From Candidatus Niyogibacteria bacterium (GTDB lineage Bacteria; Patescibacteriota; Minisyncoccia; HO2-45-28): a DNA stretch of 64,000 bases. Positions 18,863-27,884 of the stretch are shown piece after piece (within the stretch, counting starts at the first letter, position 1; every line of letters starts with the position of its first letter). The notes under the pieces were generated by a model, which was not told where the DNA came from, searched no databases, and saw only the letters and a list, made by a program, of their open reading frames with translations. Made by a program: the position numbers and the translations under genes. The DNA is taken from positions 77,466-141,465 of the forward strand of contig CP066691.1 in the NCBI GenBank assembly GCA_016432485.1, read 5' to 3'.

Positions 18863-19642
18863 TTTGTAAAATGTTTTGTCCCGGAAACGAAGGTCAATGT
18901 AATCCACGTTGCCGAATTTTTCTTTCGGAATATTATTTATGAATATGGCCAGATTTTCGCTTGCGCGGTCAAAATCCGTTTCAGCGTCGACTATAATTTT
19001 AAGCCCGTTTTCAGAATAAAGCCAAAATTCCGGCCCGGTCTTAATTTCAATATTTTTTATTGAAAATCCGCGGTCTTCTTCCAGGCGTCGGACGAAAGCA
19101 TTCAAATTTATAAAAATCTGCTCGTCCATTATTCTTGAACCTAATTCAAGAGCGATTTGGCGCTCATCTTTTATTTTTAACAGCAATTCTCCCAAAAAAA
19201 GAGGCGCCTCCTGGAAAATAATTCCTCCGCTGTCTATGTAAAAACATTTTTGACCGCACCAGACCGCCCAATTATCCCTCTCCCCTATTTGTATTTCCAC
19301 GGATCTCTGCCAGATTTTTCTGGATATTTCAATTTGATTTATGGCCGAGAATTGTTTTTTCAAATCCTCGGCGAGATTTTCAGCGCTGAAAAAAATAATG
19401 TTTTCTTTGGGCCACAAAGACAGAAACCCCCTGTTTAAAATTTGATTGACGTAATTTCTGACATCCTCAGCCGAAATTCGTTCGTTGCCGCGAACCTCTA
19501 TTTTTGTTATACGCAATATTTTGTTTTCGGCGTAAACGAAAATGACCAAAACCGTAATGAGCGCCGCGAGAGTAAATGCAAAACGCCTTAAAAAAAGCAG
19601 GCGTTTATGCCGCTTGAATTTGTGCGCTATTTCGTTAGGCAT
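18845..19642 (-). CDS. FtsQ/DivIB-like cell division protein (TM + POTRA)
   Basis: N-terminal TM helix followed by ITKIEVRGNERISAEDVRNYV, a POTRA-like segment. Confidence 0.55.
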   Translation of the reverse strand: MPNEIAHKFKRHKRLLFLRRFAFTLAALITVLVIFVYAENKILRITKIEVRGNERISAEDVRNYVNQILNRGFLSLWPKENIIFFSAENLAEDLKKQFSAINQIEISRKIWQRSVEIQIGERDNWAVWCGQKCFYIDSGGIIFQEAPLFLGELLLKIKDERQIALELGSRIMDEQIFINLNAFVRRLEEDRGFSIKNIEIKTGPEFWLYSENGLKIIVDAETDFDRASENLAIFINNIPKEKFGNVDYIDLRFRDKTFYKSFPVF

Positions 19643-19652
19643 GGATATAAAT

Positions 19653-20924
19653 TTATTCTTTGGGGTTTATTGAATCAAAACCGGTATATTTTTGTAAAAC
19701 TTTCGGCACTGCCACCGATCCGTCTCGGCGCTGATTATTTTCTAAAATAGAAATCAAAATTCTGGGGGTTGCGATGGCGGTGTTGTTGAGCGAATAGCAA
19801 AATTTTGTCTGATTGTTTCCTATTTTATAGCGTATGCCAAGCCGGCGCGTTTGAAAATCATGATAATAGGAAGATGAATGCGATTCGCGATAACGCCGTT
19901 CCGAAGGAATCCAGACCTCGATATCGTAAGTTTTGACATGCGCTCTGCCTATATCGCCTCCGCTAAGAGTAATAACTCGGTAAGGCAGATTTAGAGACTG
20001 GACCATTTCTTCCGCGTTTAAAGTCAATTCTTCGTGGAGTTTCACTGAATCCTGGTGGTCGGCGGCGCTCAAGATAAGCTGTTCTATTTTATAAAATTCG
20101 TGCAGCCGATATACGCCTTTTACGTCTTTGCCGTAAGAGCCGGCCTCTCTCCTGAAACACGGCGAAAAAGCAACATATTTTTTCGGTAATTCTTCTTCAG
20201 ACAGGATTTCGTCTGAATGCATGCCCATCATCGGAATTTCGGCGGTGGCCGAGAGATAAAGTTCGTCCTGCGTTTTATAAACATCTTCCCTAGATTGCGG
20301 AAAATGCCCCGACCCGTAAAAATTTTCTTCTTTTATCAGCGTTGGCGCGAGAATCGGCGTATATCCTTTGTTTCTGATTTTATCCAATACAAAAAGCCAA
20401 ATGGCCTGGGACAGCAAAACCGCTTCATTTTTTAGAAAATAACCTCTGAATCCGGAAACTTTGGTGCCTCTTTCAAGGTCAACCAAATCAAGCTTTTCCA
20501 TAAGGACGAGGTGGTTAAGGGGCTCAAAATCAAAGACTGGAATGTTTCCCCATTTTCGTTCTTCTCTGGCGTCCCTTTCATCAACGCCTTCGGGGACGGA
20601 GGGGTCGGGGATATTCGGGACGTCATACATCAGGCGGCGCCATTCTGAATCCAATTTTTTGAATTCATATTCTTTTTTAGAAAGTAAGTCCTTGAATTCC
20701 CGCAGATTTTTGATTGCCGATTCTTTTTCGCCCTCATCTTCTATGGTTGCTATGTGGTCGGAGGCTTTGTTTTGTTTGGCCCTAAGCTCCTCTGTTTCGG
20801 CCATTACCTTCCGTCTTTCCTCGTCTAAGGTCAGGAATCCGTCAATATCAAATTCAAGACGCTTTTTTCGCGCGGCCTGTTTTATTAAATCCGGGTTTTC
20901 GCGGATAAACTTGATGTCTAACAT
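19653..20924 (-). CDS. serS: Seryl-tRNA synthetase
   Basis: N-terminal coiled-coil arm (MLDIKFIRENPD…) and class II core motifs. Confidence 0.9.
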   Translation of the reverse strand: MLDIKFIRENPDLIKQAARKKRLEFDIDGFLTLDEERRKVMAETEELRAKQNKASDHIATIEDEGEKESAIKNLREFKDLLSKKEYEFKKLDSEWRRLMYDVPNIPDPSVPEGVDERDAREERKWGNIPVFDFEPLNHLVLMEKLDLVDLERGTKVSGFRGYFLKNEAVLLSQAIWLFVLDKIRNKGYTPILAPTLIKEENFYGSGHFPQSREDVYKTQDELYLSATAEIPMMGMHSDEILSEEELPKKYVAFSPCFRREAGSYGKDVKGVYRLHEFYKIEQLILSAADHQDSVKLHEELTLNAEEMVQSLNLPYRVITLSGGDIGRAHVKTYDIEVWIPSERRYRESHSSSYYHDFQTRRLGIRYKIGNNQTKFCYSLNNTAIATPRILISILENNQRRDGSVAVPKVLQKYTGFDSINPKE

Positions 20925-20933
20925 TTATTTAAA

Positions 20934-22085
20934 TTATACCAATTTTTTTAACGCAATTTCCATAGCCGCTTTGCGGGGGCTGATTTTTCTTCTTATGGAC
21001 GTTTTTAAGACCAAATCCACTCCGCCACCTACTTTTTCTTTGACCAATTTAAACATTTTTTCAGCATTGTATCCTTTATATTCGGAATATGAGGATATGA
21101 CCCCGCCGGCATTGGCAATGATATCGGGCACGATTAGAACTCCCCTTCTCCAAAGTTCTTCCTCAATGTTTTCGCGCATGGGAATATTCGCGCCCTCAAC
21201 TATTATTTTGGCTTTTATTGATTTTTTATTTGTGTCGTTGATAACATCCGTAACCGACGCCGGAATTAAAATATCAATTTTTAAAGCGAAAAAACTTTTG
21301 CGTGAAATCGGACGGCCCTTTTCGCATTCTTCAAGCGATTTTCCGCAGAACTTCACTTTTTTAATGTCATTTTCATTGAGTCCCCTATCGTTATATATCG
21401 CGCCGTGCCTGTCGGCTACCGCAATTATGCGGGCTCCCATAGCGCGTAAATGTTTGAAAGCGAAACTGCCTACGTTTCCGAACCCGTCAATCGCGACCGA
21501 AGCGTCTTTTATATTCAGGCCTCTTATTTTTGCGGCAATCCGCGCGGCTTCAGCCACTCCAAATCCCGTGCTGCCCAATTCATGCGGAAGTCCGCCGAGC
21601 TCGGCCGGCTTCCCGGTAGCCGATTTTTTGTCGCGCGCGGCTTCAACGAACCAGCGCATTTCCCTTTCGCCTGTATTTATGTCCGGCCCCGCGATATATT
21701 TTGAAATTAAAAATGGTTTAATCGCCCGAGCGAAGTTTTGAACAAATTTCTTTTTTAACGCTTTTTGCCCTTTTTTGGACAAAGTCCGACTTTGTCCACT
21801 TTGTCCGGATGGAGGCCAAACGATGCCGGCTTTGGCTCCCCCAAACGGCAAACCGGCCAATGCGTTTTTAAAAGTCATGGCGCGCGCGAGCCGAAAGACC
21901 TCTTCTTCCGAAACATCCGGCGTCATTCTTACGCCTCCCTTCCCCGGTCCGAGTTTCGTATTATCTATAACCAAAAATGCCCGCATATTTATTTTCGGGT
22001 CATAAATTTTAACTACATATTCCGGACCGATATTATCTTTCTCTGTTTTCATTTGAAATAATAAGTTTTTTAAATTCTTCGACAT
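20934..22085 (-). CDS. Glu/Leu/Phe/Val dehydrogenase family protein (Leu/Val-dehydrogenase-like); carries an in-frame 9-bp tandem repeat
   Basis: GPGKGGVRM and GGAKAGIV motifs. The SGQSGQS insert is encoded by (GGACAAAGT)n at 21777-21809. Confidence 0.75.
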   Translation of the reverse strand: MSKNLKNLLFQMKTEKDNIGPEYVVKIYDPKINMRAFLVIDNTKLGPGKGGVRMTPDVSEEEVFRLARAMTFKNALAGLPFGGAKAGIVWPPSGQSGQSRTLSKKGQKALKKKFVQNFARAIKPFLISKYIAGPDINTGEREMRWFVEAARDKKSATGKPAELGGLPHELGSTGFGVAEAARIAAKIRGLNIKDASVAIDGFGNVGSFAFKHLRAMGARIIAVADRHGAIYNDRGLNENDIKKVKFCGKSLEECEKGRPISRKSFFALKIDILIPASVTDVINDTNKKSIKAKIIVEGANIPMRENIEEELWRRGVLIVPDIIANAGGVISSYSEYKGYNAEKMFKLVKEKVGGGVDLVLKTSIRRKISPRKAAMEIALKKLV

Positions 22086-22124
22086 TTTTTATTGCTTCAA
22101 ACATGGCCATAAGCGTTTTGACTG

Positions 22125-24554
22125 TTATATTTTATGCCCGCCGAATACGGCGCGGAGCGTTGAAAGAATTTTTCCGGTAAATGACGGGCTCTTTTTTGAG
22201 CGTACACGGAAAAGATAAGACCTCTTGATAATTGGCGCGGGAACGCCGAGTTCTTTGGCGGTTTTTACCGTCCATTCTCCTTCTCCTGTTTGAGCCACCA
22301 CGCCAGACGCTTTTTTTAAGTCCTCTCCATACTTTTTGAATCCTTCCTCCAGCCACCCCGTAAGCCGCGAGGTAATAATGCTGTTTTGGTTGTACACACT
22401 CGCGACATCTTTAAGATGAAACTCAAACGGCGCCTTTTTTAATACTGAAAATCCTTCGGCCAGCGCCTGCATCATTCCGTACTCAATGCCGTTATGAATC
22501 ATTTTTGTAAAATGCCCGGCCCCAATTTTTCCCATATATCCGGAGGTCGTATCCGACATGGCGTCAAAAATCGGTTTGATTTTTTCATATATTTTTTTAT
22601 TTCCTCCCGCCATAATAGCAAATTTCCCAAGCTGAATGGAAGTCGGCCCGCCCGATACGCCAACATCAAGAAAATGAATTCCTTTTGCTCCCAATTTTAT
22701 TCCTCGGCGAACAGAGTCCTTATAGAAAGAGTTTCCTCCGTCAATTATTATATCCCCTTTCTTGAGTATCCGCGCGAGGCCTTCTTTTCCGAAAATGATT
22801 TCGTCTACGGGCTTTCCCGCGGGCCTGCCCGCCGTAGCTTTACTTTGCCCGTCCGAAGTCTTTGACGAAGGCGGGGCGGAGGCGGGAACCATAAGCCATA
22901 TAACGCGCGGAGTGGAAAGTTTCTTAACAAATTCCGGAATAGAATACGCGCCGATAATTCCATTTTTTTCAAGTTTTTTCGTAGTATCGGGAAAGTGGTC
23001 CATGCCGACAACGCGCCATCCTTTGGCTGAAAGTCGTATCGCGAGATTAGCGCCCATTTTCCCCAAACCGATAATACCGATCTCGCTCATGCGCGTTTCC
23101 GCGTTTTTATCCCTGACGCTCTGCGTATTTTGCAAGATTGCCGGCCGAGGAGTGGTCCCGGGCTTATATTTTGCGAGCGAAACGGTATTTTTATCCCACG
23201 CGCTTTCGATCGGATCGATAAATTTCCATAGCGCCGCCACCTCCCCGGGCGCTATAAAAAATGCCCGATTGCCTTCCATGGCTGCGTTGAAAATTTTTGC
23301 GTATTCTTCCACATATTGCGCCTTTTCTTTTTTTTCGTACAAAAAGAAAGAGAAGGCGCGCCTTTCAAGGGTTTGTTCAAAACCGGGTTTTTTCATCCAA
23401 AAGTAAATAATTATTTCATCATTTGGTTCAAGCCGAAAAACTATTTTATTTGGCTCGTGCGGTCCGACCTCGCAAAGATGACAAATAGCCGGATGTTTTA
23501 GCGTGAGCACTATTTCTTTACGCGCCTCGGCCATCCGTTTCCCCGCTTCCATGAATATCGGGATTCCTTTCCATCGAGGATAGCGGAGCTCGGTTTTGAG
23601 CGCAAAATATGTATCGGTGTTTGAGGCGGGACGAACTCCTTTAATATTCTCATAACCCCGATATTGCGCGCGATAGGTATTGTTTCGGACTGTTTCGGTT
23701 GTCCAGGGTGCTAAAGTTTCTAAAATTTTTGCGCGGTTTTGCCGGATAGAGTCCGCCTCTTTATTTTTAGGATATTCCATGGCAAGTACCGCAAGCATGA
23801 TTAAAAGATGATTTTGTCCGACATCGCGCAGCGCCCCGACAGCGTCGTAAAAACTCCCGCGCTCTTCCACGCCGATTGATTCATAAAGGCGAATATCAAT
23901 TCGCTCAATCATCGTATTATCCCACGCATTTTCAAAAAGGTTATTGGAAAATCTGAAATTTTCTATTCCCTGCAATATTTCTTTAAAAAGATAGTGGTCA
24001 ATTCTGTAAATCTGTTCCTCTTTGAAATATGAGGAAAGAAGCGACTGGAGCTTCCTCGCGCTTTCGGAGTCCTTTCCAAAAGGTTTTTCAATAAGCAGGC
24101 GGCTCCAGCCAAGATTTCCTCCGCAAGGAAGGTTTAATTTTACTGAGGCGAGATTCTTAAAAATTATCTCGTAAGATGACGGAGGAACGGCAAGATAAAA
24201 TAATTTATTGGCGCAAACACCCCAAGACGATTCGGCGCCCGCTATTTTTTCAAAAAGAATCCGAAAGGATTTTTTGTCCTCAAAAGTTCCGGCATGATAT
24301 GAAAATGTTTCAAAGAAACGCGAAAAATCTCTCTCTTTTATTGCCGCCCCTCCGCGCTTTATAAGGGTTTTACGGATAAATTTTTTAAATTCTTCGCGGG
24401 AAAGATTTCTTCGCGAAAATCCCATCACGGAAAAGCGGTCCGGAAAACGGCCTTGTCGGAAAAGGTGCCATAAAGAGGGAATAATTTTTTTAGCCGCAAG
24501 ATCGCCGGTCGCGCCGAATATGGTTAATATGGTCGGCGAATTTTTAATTATCAC
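22125..24554 (-). CDS. Glucose-6-phosphate dehydrogenase fused to a short-form 6-phosphogluconate dehydrogenase-like domain (zwf-gnd fusion)
   Basis: N-terminus has FGATGDLAAKK and RIDHYLFKE (G6PD). The C-terminal ~320 aa have IGLGKMGANLAIRL and the 6PGDH NAD-binding fold. One continuous ORF of 809 aa, including a ~24-aa palindromic-element insert at 22824-22886. Confidence 0.75.
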   Translation of the reverse strand: MIIKNSPTILTIFGATGDLAAKKIIPSLWHLFRQGRFPDRFSVMGFSRRNLSREEFKKFIRKTLIKRGGAAIKERDFSRFFETFSYHAGTFEDKKSFRILFEKIAGAESSWGVCANKLFYLAVPPSSYEIIFKNLASVKLNLPCGGNLGWSRLLIEKPFGKDSESARKLQSLLSSYFKEEQIYRIDHYLFKEILQGIENFRFSNNLFENAWDNTMIERIDIRLYESIGVEERGSFYDAVGALRDVGQNHLLIMLAVLAMEYPKNKEADSIRQNRAKILETLAPWTTETVRNNTYRAQYRGYENIKGVRPASNTDTYFALKTELRYPRWKGIPIFMEAGKRMAEARKEIVLTLKHPAICHLCEVGPHEPNKIVFRLEPNDEIIIYFWMKKPGFEQTLERRAFSFFLYEKKEKAQYVEEYAKIFNAAMEGNRAFFIAPGEVAALWKFIDPIESAWDKNTVSLAKYKPGTTPRPAILQNTQSVRDKNAETRMSEIGIIGLGKMGANLAIRLSAKGWRVVGMDHFPDTTKKLEKNGIIGAYSIPEFVKKLSTPRVIWLMVPASAPPSSKTSDGQSKATAGRPAGKPVDEIIFGKEGLARILKKGDIIIDGGNSFYKDSVRRGIKLGAKGIHFLDVGVSGGPTSIQLGKFAIMAGGNKKIYEKIKPIFDAMSDTTSGYMGKIGAGHFTKMIHNGIEYGMMQALAEGFSVLKKAPFEFHLKDVASVYNQNSIITSRLTGWLEEGFKKYGEDLKKASGVVAQTGEGEWTVKTAKELGVPAPIIKRSYLFRVRSKKSPSFTGKILSTLRAVFGGHKI

Positions 24555-24569
24555 GGTTTATATATTCTC

Positions 24570-25340
24570 CTAGAGATAATCCAATAAACGGTCATAATCT
24601 ATAAATTGAAAAATCTTATAACCGTAAGAAATAAGAAGGCCGATATTGCCAGAAACCAAAAGTATGCCGAGGAAAATAAGAAAGATGCCGCCGATTACGG
24701 AAACGATATTAAGATATTTAGATATATTTTGGACATAACGGGAGGCCGATCCAATGCCTGCGGCAATAAGTAAAAATGGTATCGCGAGTCCCGCCGAGAA
24801 AATAGTAAGCAATAATCCGCCCTGGAGCGCGCTGGTTGAGGTTGAGGCCAATAAGAGCACCGAGCCTAAGATCGGGCCAACGCACGGCGTCCACCCAAAC
24901 GCAAAAGCGCTGCCTAAAATGAACGAGTTGGACGCGCGCCCTCGTTTCAGCAAAGCGGGAGTCTTAATTTGAAATTCGCGCTGTAAAAAAGGCAATTTCA
25001 AAATATTGAGCATAAACAGTCCGAAGATGATAACGAAAATTCCGCCGATTCTTCCAAGCCATAATCTATAAGGAGCAAGAAACCTGGCGCCGACAAAACC
25101 GATGAGCGTTCCCATAACGATAAAAACCGCGCTAAACCCAAGCATAAAGAAAAAGCCGTTGAGAAAAATTTTCCATCGGGCCTGCTTGGCTTTAGCCGGG
25201 TCCTTGAGGTCTTCTAAAGAGGAGCCGCTGATGAAACCCAAATATCCCGGCACCAAAGGAAGGGTGCATGGGGCAAGAAATGTAAGAATGCCGGCAATAA
25301 AAGCCGGAACTATTAACGCGGCAATTGAAAGCTCAAGCAC
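24570..25340 (-). CDS. ccdA: Cytochrome c biogenesis/thiol-disulfide transporter CcdA/DsbD-family membrane protein
   Basis: TFLAPCTLPLVPGYLGFISG and a second conserved Cys (WTPCVGP). Confidence 0.75.
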   Translation of the reverse strand: MLELSIAALIVPAFIAGILTFLAPCTLPLVPGYLGFISGSSLEDLKDPAKAKQARWKIFLNGFFFMLGFSAVFIVMGTLIGFVGARFLAPYRLWLGRIGGIFVIIFGLFMLNILKLPFLQREFQIKTPALLKRGRASNSFILGSAFAFGWTPCVGPILGSVLLLASTSTSALQGGLLLTIFSAGLAIPFLLIAAGIGSASRYVQNISKYLNIVSVIGGIFLIFLGILLVSGNIGLLISYGYKIFQFIDYDRLLDYL

Positions 25341-25797
25341 GATGGTTTTTATAAAATTTTATAAGCGCTTTACGTTGAACGGGCTCTAAGTGAATCGAGG
25401 GTCTTTGTTTTTTAATAAATTTTTCTGCATTCGCCGGAGACATCCCGCGTGTTTTTATAAGATATGCCGCCATCATAGTGGGCGCTCTGCCGTGGCCGTT
25501 TTTGCAGTGCAGATATATCTTTTGCTTCATAGCGACCAAATTTTTAAGGGTCAAGACGCCGAATTCCAGTTGTTCCTGTTTGGGAGCGGTGTGGTTTTTG
25601 ACGGGAATCCACGCGTAAAAATAAGCCCCGAAAGGAGAATCAATCTTCTCTTCCTCAAGAGAAACATCGGCCATTATGCCCTTTTTCTTAAGTTCCCCGT
25701 TAAAATGCGTCTGACAGCACAAATTCGTGCCGATATAAATTCCGTCGGTGATATAGTTATATTCAAATTTAGGAGCTCCGTGTTTTTCTTTAGACAT
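25333..25797 (-). CDS. Dual-specificity/tyrosine phosphatase-like protein (HCxxGxxR)
   Basis: HCKNGHGRAPTMMAAYL catalytic loop. Confidence 0.6.
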   Translation of the reverse strand: MSKEKHGAPKFEYNYITDGIYIGTNLCCQTHFNGELKKKGIMADVSLEEEKIDSPFGAYFYAWIPVKNHTAPKQEQLEFGVLTLKNLVAMKQKIYLHCKNGHGRAPTMMAAYLIKTRGMSPANAEKFIKKQRPSIHLEPVQRKALIKFYKNHRA

Positions 25798-25821
25798 ATT
25801 TTTTACACATCTCCCGCTTTT

Positions 25822-26355
25822 TTATTTGTTAATCAGTTCTTCTATTTTACTTTTAATCTCATCCAATTTCATCGGTCCTCTCTTGTGAATAACTATGTTT
25901 TTTTCAGGGTCAACAAATATTGTTTCCGGCATTGAAAATCCGCCGATTGATTTATAAAAAGAATCAGATGGGTCGAGCAAGAAAACCAGCTGGTTGGTGG
26001 TTCCTTGCCGGTCGGTATATCCCTTTGCGACACCCAATGATTCGGCGCGGTCAATAGCGATAATCACGACTTTATCGCCAAACTCCTTTTGTGCTCTTGC
26101 GAAATCAGGAAGCTCTTCGCGGCAAAACGGACACCATGCCGCCCATGAGTTTATAACCAAAGGTTTGCCCGAAAAATCCGTGAGTCGAACGGTATTCCCG
26201 CCGTAATCCTGTAAAGCAAAATCGGGGGCTTTTTCGGATTGAGCCGTTTGAGCCGTTTGTTTTGATTCTTCGGGGGCGTTTTTCGCGCGAATTACAAGCC
26301 ATCCGACGCCCCCCAGAATCAAAAGCCCTATGATTATTGCGAATAATTTATTCAT
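25822..26355 (-). CDS. TlpA/ResA-like thiol:disulfide oxidoreductase (secreted, thioredoxin fold)
   Basis: WAAWCPFCREELP CxxC motif and an N-terminal signal/TM. Start set at MNKLFAII. Confidence 0.75.
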   Translation of the reverse strand: MNKLFAIIIGLLILGGVGWLVIRAKNAPEESKQTAQTAQSEKAPDFALQDYGGNTVRLTDFSGKPLVINSWAAWCPFCREELPDFARAQKEFGDKVVIIAIDRAESLGVAKGYTDRQGTTNQLVFLLDPSDSFYKSIGGFSMPETIFVDPEKNIVIHKRGPMKLDEIKSKIEELINK

Positions 26356-26369
26356 TTTTATTATCGCGG

Positions 26370-26531
26370 CTATTTGCAACCGCAGTCGCAATGGCCGCCT
26401 TCGTGGTGTTCGTGGCCGCAATGCTCGCATTTCTTATGCTCCACTGGATGATTGTGTTCTTTATGCTCATCACAAGGGCACTCGCAAGCCATGCATTTTT
26501 CGTGTTTTTCGTCGTGTGTATCTTCGTGCAT
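26370..26531 (-). CDS. Unannotated 53-aa Cys/His-rich putative metal-binding protein (MHEDTHDEKHEKCMACECPCDEHKEHNHPVEHKKCEHCGHEHHEGGHCDCGCK)
   Basis: Hand-translated from the minus strand; absent from the ORF track because it is under 60 aa. It has 10 Cys and 11 His in CxC/CxxC/HxxH patterns. It sits between the thioredoxin and tlpA genes on the same strand. The two plus-strand ORFs over it look spurious. Confidence 0.55.
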   Translation of the reverse strand: MHEDTHDEKHEKCMACECPCDEHKEHNHPVEHKKCEHCGHEHHEGGHCDCGCK

Positions 26532-26577
26532 ATTATTTTTTTTAATTAATTAATGATTTGTTTCGGGCAGCCCGACC

Positions 26578-26835
26578 TTATTTTGTGCCTGCCCATTCCT
26601 TTAATTCTTCATAGGGGGCCTCTCCGCAGATAAAGGCGTCAGAGTCGGTATTAATGAAAAACGGAACGCCGCCGCACCGGCCCTTATCATATTCTTTCAT
26701 CTTTTTTGCGTTTTCTTCGTTATGCCAAACTTCATATTTTTCAACTTTCAAACCGGCTTCTTTTTCCAGCCGCTCCACCAACGGCATCATCTTAATGCAG
26801 TGCGGACACTCTTTTCCGTAAAAATCTATAAGCAT
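26578..26835 (-). CDS. Thioredoxin/glutaredoxin-like protein (CPHC active site)
   Basis: FYGKECPHCIKMMP. Confidence 0.7.
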   Translation of the reverse strand: MLIDFYGKECPHCIKMMPLVERLEKEAGLKVEKYEVWHNEENAKKMKEYDKGRCGGVPFFINTDSDAFICGEAPYEELKEWAGTK

Positions 26836-26845
26836 AATTGATTTT

Positions 26846-27880
26846 TTATTTTAATAATTCTGTATCAGGGTGAGCGGCAACCCACGAAAACCAAAATGAG
26901 CCAAATGGGTTGATGCGCAGAAGCGTGCCATCAGTTTTTTTCTCGAAAATCCGCACGGCGTCAATTTCTTTTTCGTACTTCGCAATAATCGTTTTTCCCT
27001 CAAAGCTATCTTCAATTTCACCGACTTTTTTCACCGCCTCCGGCCAATATGCCTTAGCTTTTCCATTTATTACGATGCCGAGAACAAAGTCCTTATCGCT
27101 TAAGCGGTCATCTTTTTTACCAACTGGGAAATAAGTTCCCGGGGTGGTGTAGTAATCGCCGTACGGGTCCTGCCCGTAAAACCGCGTTGTTCCCGTATCT
27201 CGCGAGAGCACTTCTCCTGTCGGGTGGAGCTTCCGCCATTCGCCGAATCGAATCTGGTCTGACTGCAAAACGGCGAGATGCGTTCCGGTTTTTTCTCCGA
27301 CAATCGCTTCGCCCAAAATCTGCGACCACAATGAATCGGTTTTTCGGTCATACATTACCAAGTTTGAATTCCATAATTTACCCGAAGTGCCGAATTCCAC
27401 TCGTTCTCCCTCCACAACGGGGTCAAAAACTATTCCGGACAAGCATAGCGGGCAATAGGTTACAAGAACCCGTTTCCCATTTATGGTGTCATTTACAATC
27501 TCGTGCCAGACCAAAATTTGAAACGGATAAAAACGGCTGACATTGCCCATTTCAAGCGCAAGGCCTGGTTCGGCGTCCGATAACTGCTTCGATGCCTCAC
27601 CAACCGAAATAAATTTGGGATTATCAATGGAAGGAATCCCGTCTTTTGGCGGACCTCCGCCGAGGATAGAGTCCAGAGGAACGCTATGTTTTACGCCGTC
27701 AGTAACCATAATTTCTTTTTCTACTTCACTGCCGTTGTTTTGAATCATAATTATTTCTTTTTTAACCTCTCCACCTTGAGGCAAATTAAAGTCGTTTTTA
27801 AATATAACACGGGACAGAACAAGCGCGGCTACAACCGCAACCCCAACCACTATTATAATTGTAATTACCTTTAAATTCAT
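26846..27880 (-). CDS. DUF3179 family protein
   Basis: Conserved TYCPLC motif and an N-terminal TM. Start set at MNLKV to avoid overlap with the upstream gene. Confidence 0.55.
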   Translation of the reverse strand: MNLKVITIIIVVGVAVVAALVLSRVIFKNDFNLPQGGEVKKEIIMIQNNGSEVEKEIMVTDGVKHSVPLDSILGGGPPKDGIPSIDNPKFISVGEASKQLSDAEPGLALEMGNVSRFYPFQILVWHEIVNDTINGKRVLVTYCPLCLSGIVFDPVVEGERVEFGTSGKLWNSNLVMYDRKTDSLWSQILGEAIVGEKTGTHLAVLQSDQIRFGEWRKLHPTGEVLSRDTGTTRFYGQDPYGDYYTTPGTYFPVGKKDDRLSDKDFVLGIVINGKAKAYWPEAVKKVGEIEDSFEGKTIIAKYEKEIDAVRIFEKKTDGTLLRINPFGSFWFSWVAAHPDTELLK

Positions 27881-27884
27881 CTTT

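Noticed and set aside
20461-21741. 426-aa plus-strand ORF antisense to serS and the dehydrogenase gene
   Set aside because: It is low-complexity (S/F/L-rich) and fully overlaps two well-supported minus-strand genes. It is a shadow ORF.
22762-23406. 214-aa plus-strand ORF, and other antisense ORFs inside zwf-gnd (22132..22356, 22494..22865, 22805..23011)
   Set aside because: They are antisense to a continuous, motif-rich 809-aa gene and have no recognisable domains.
26330-26549. Two overlapping 70-71-aa hydrophobic plus-strand ORFs
   Set aside because: They are on the opposite strand to the Cys/His-rich ORF, in two different frames. They are probably shadow ORFs of the codon-biased minus-strand gene, and the operon context is minus-strand.
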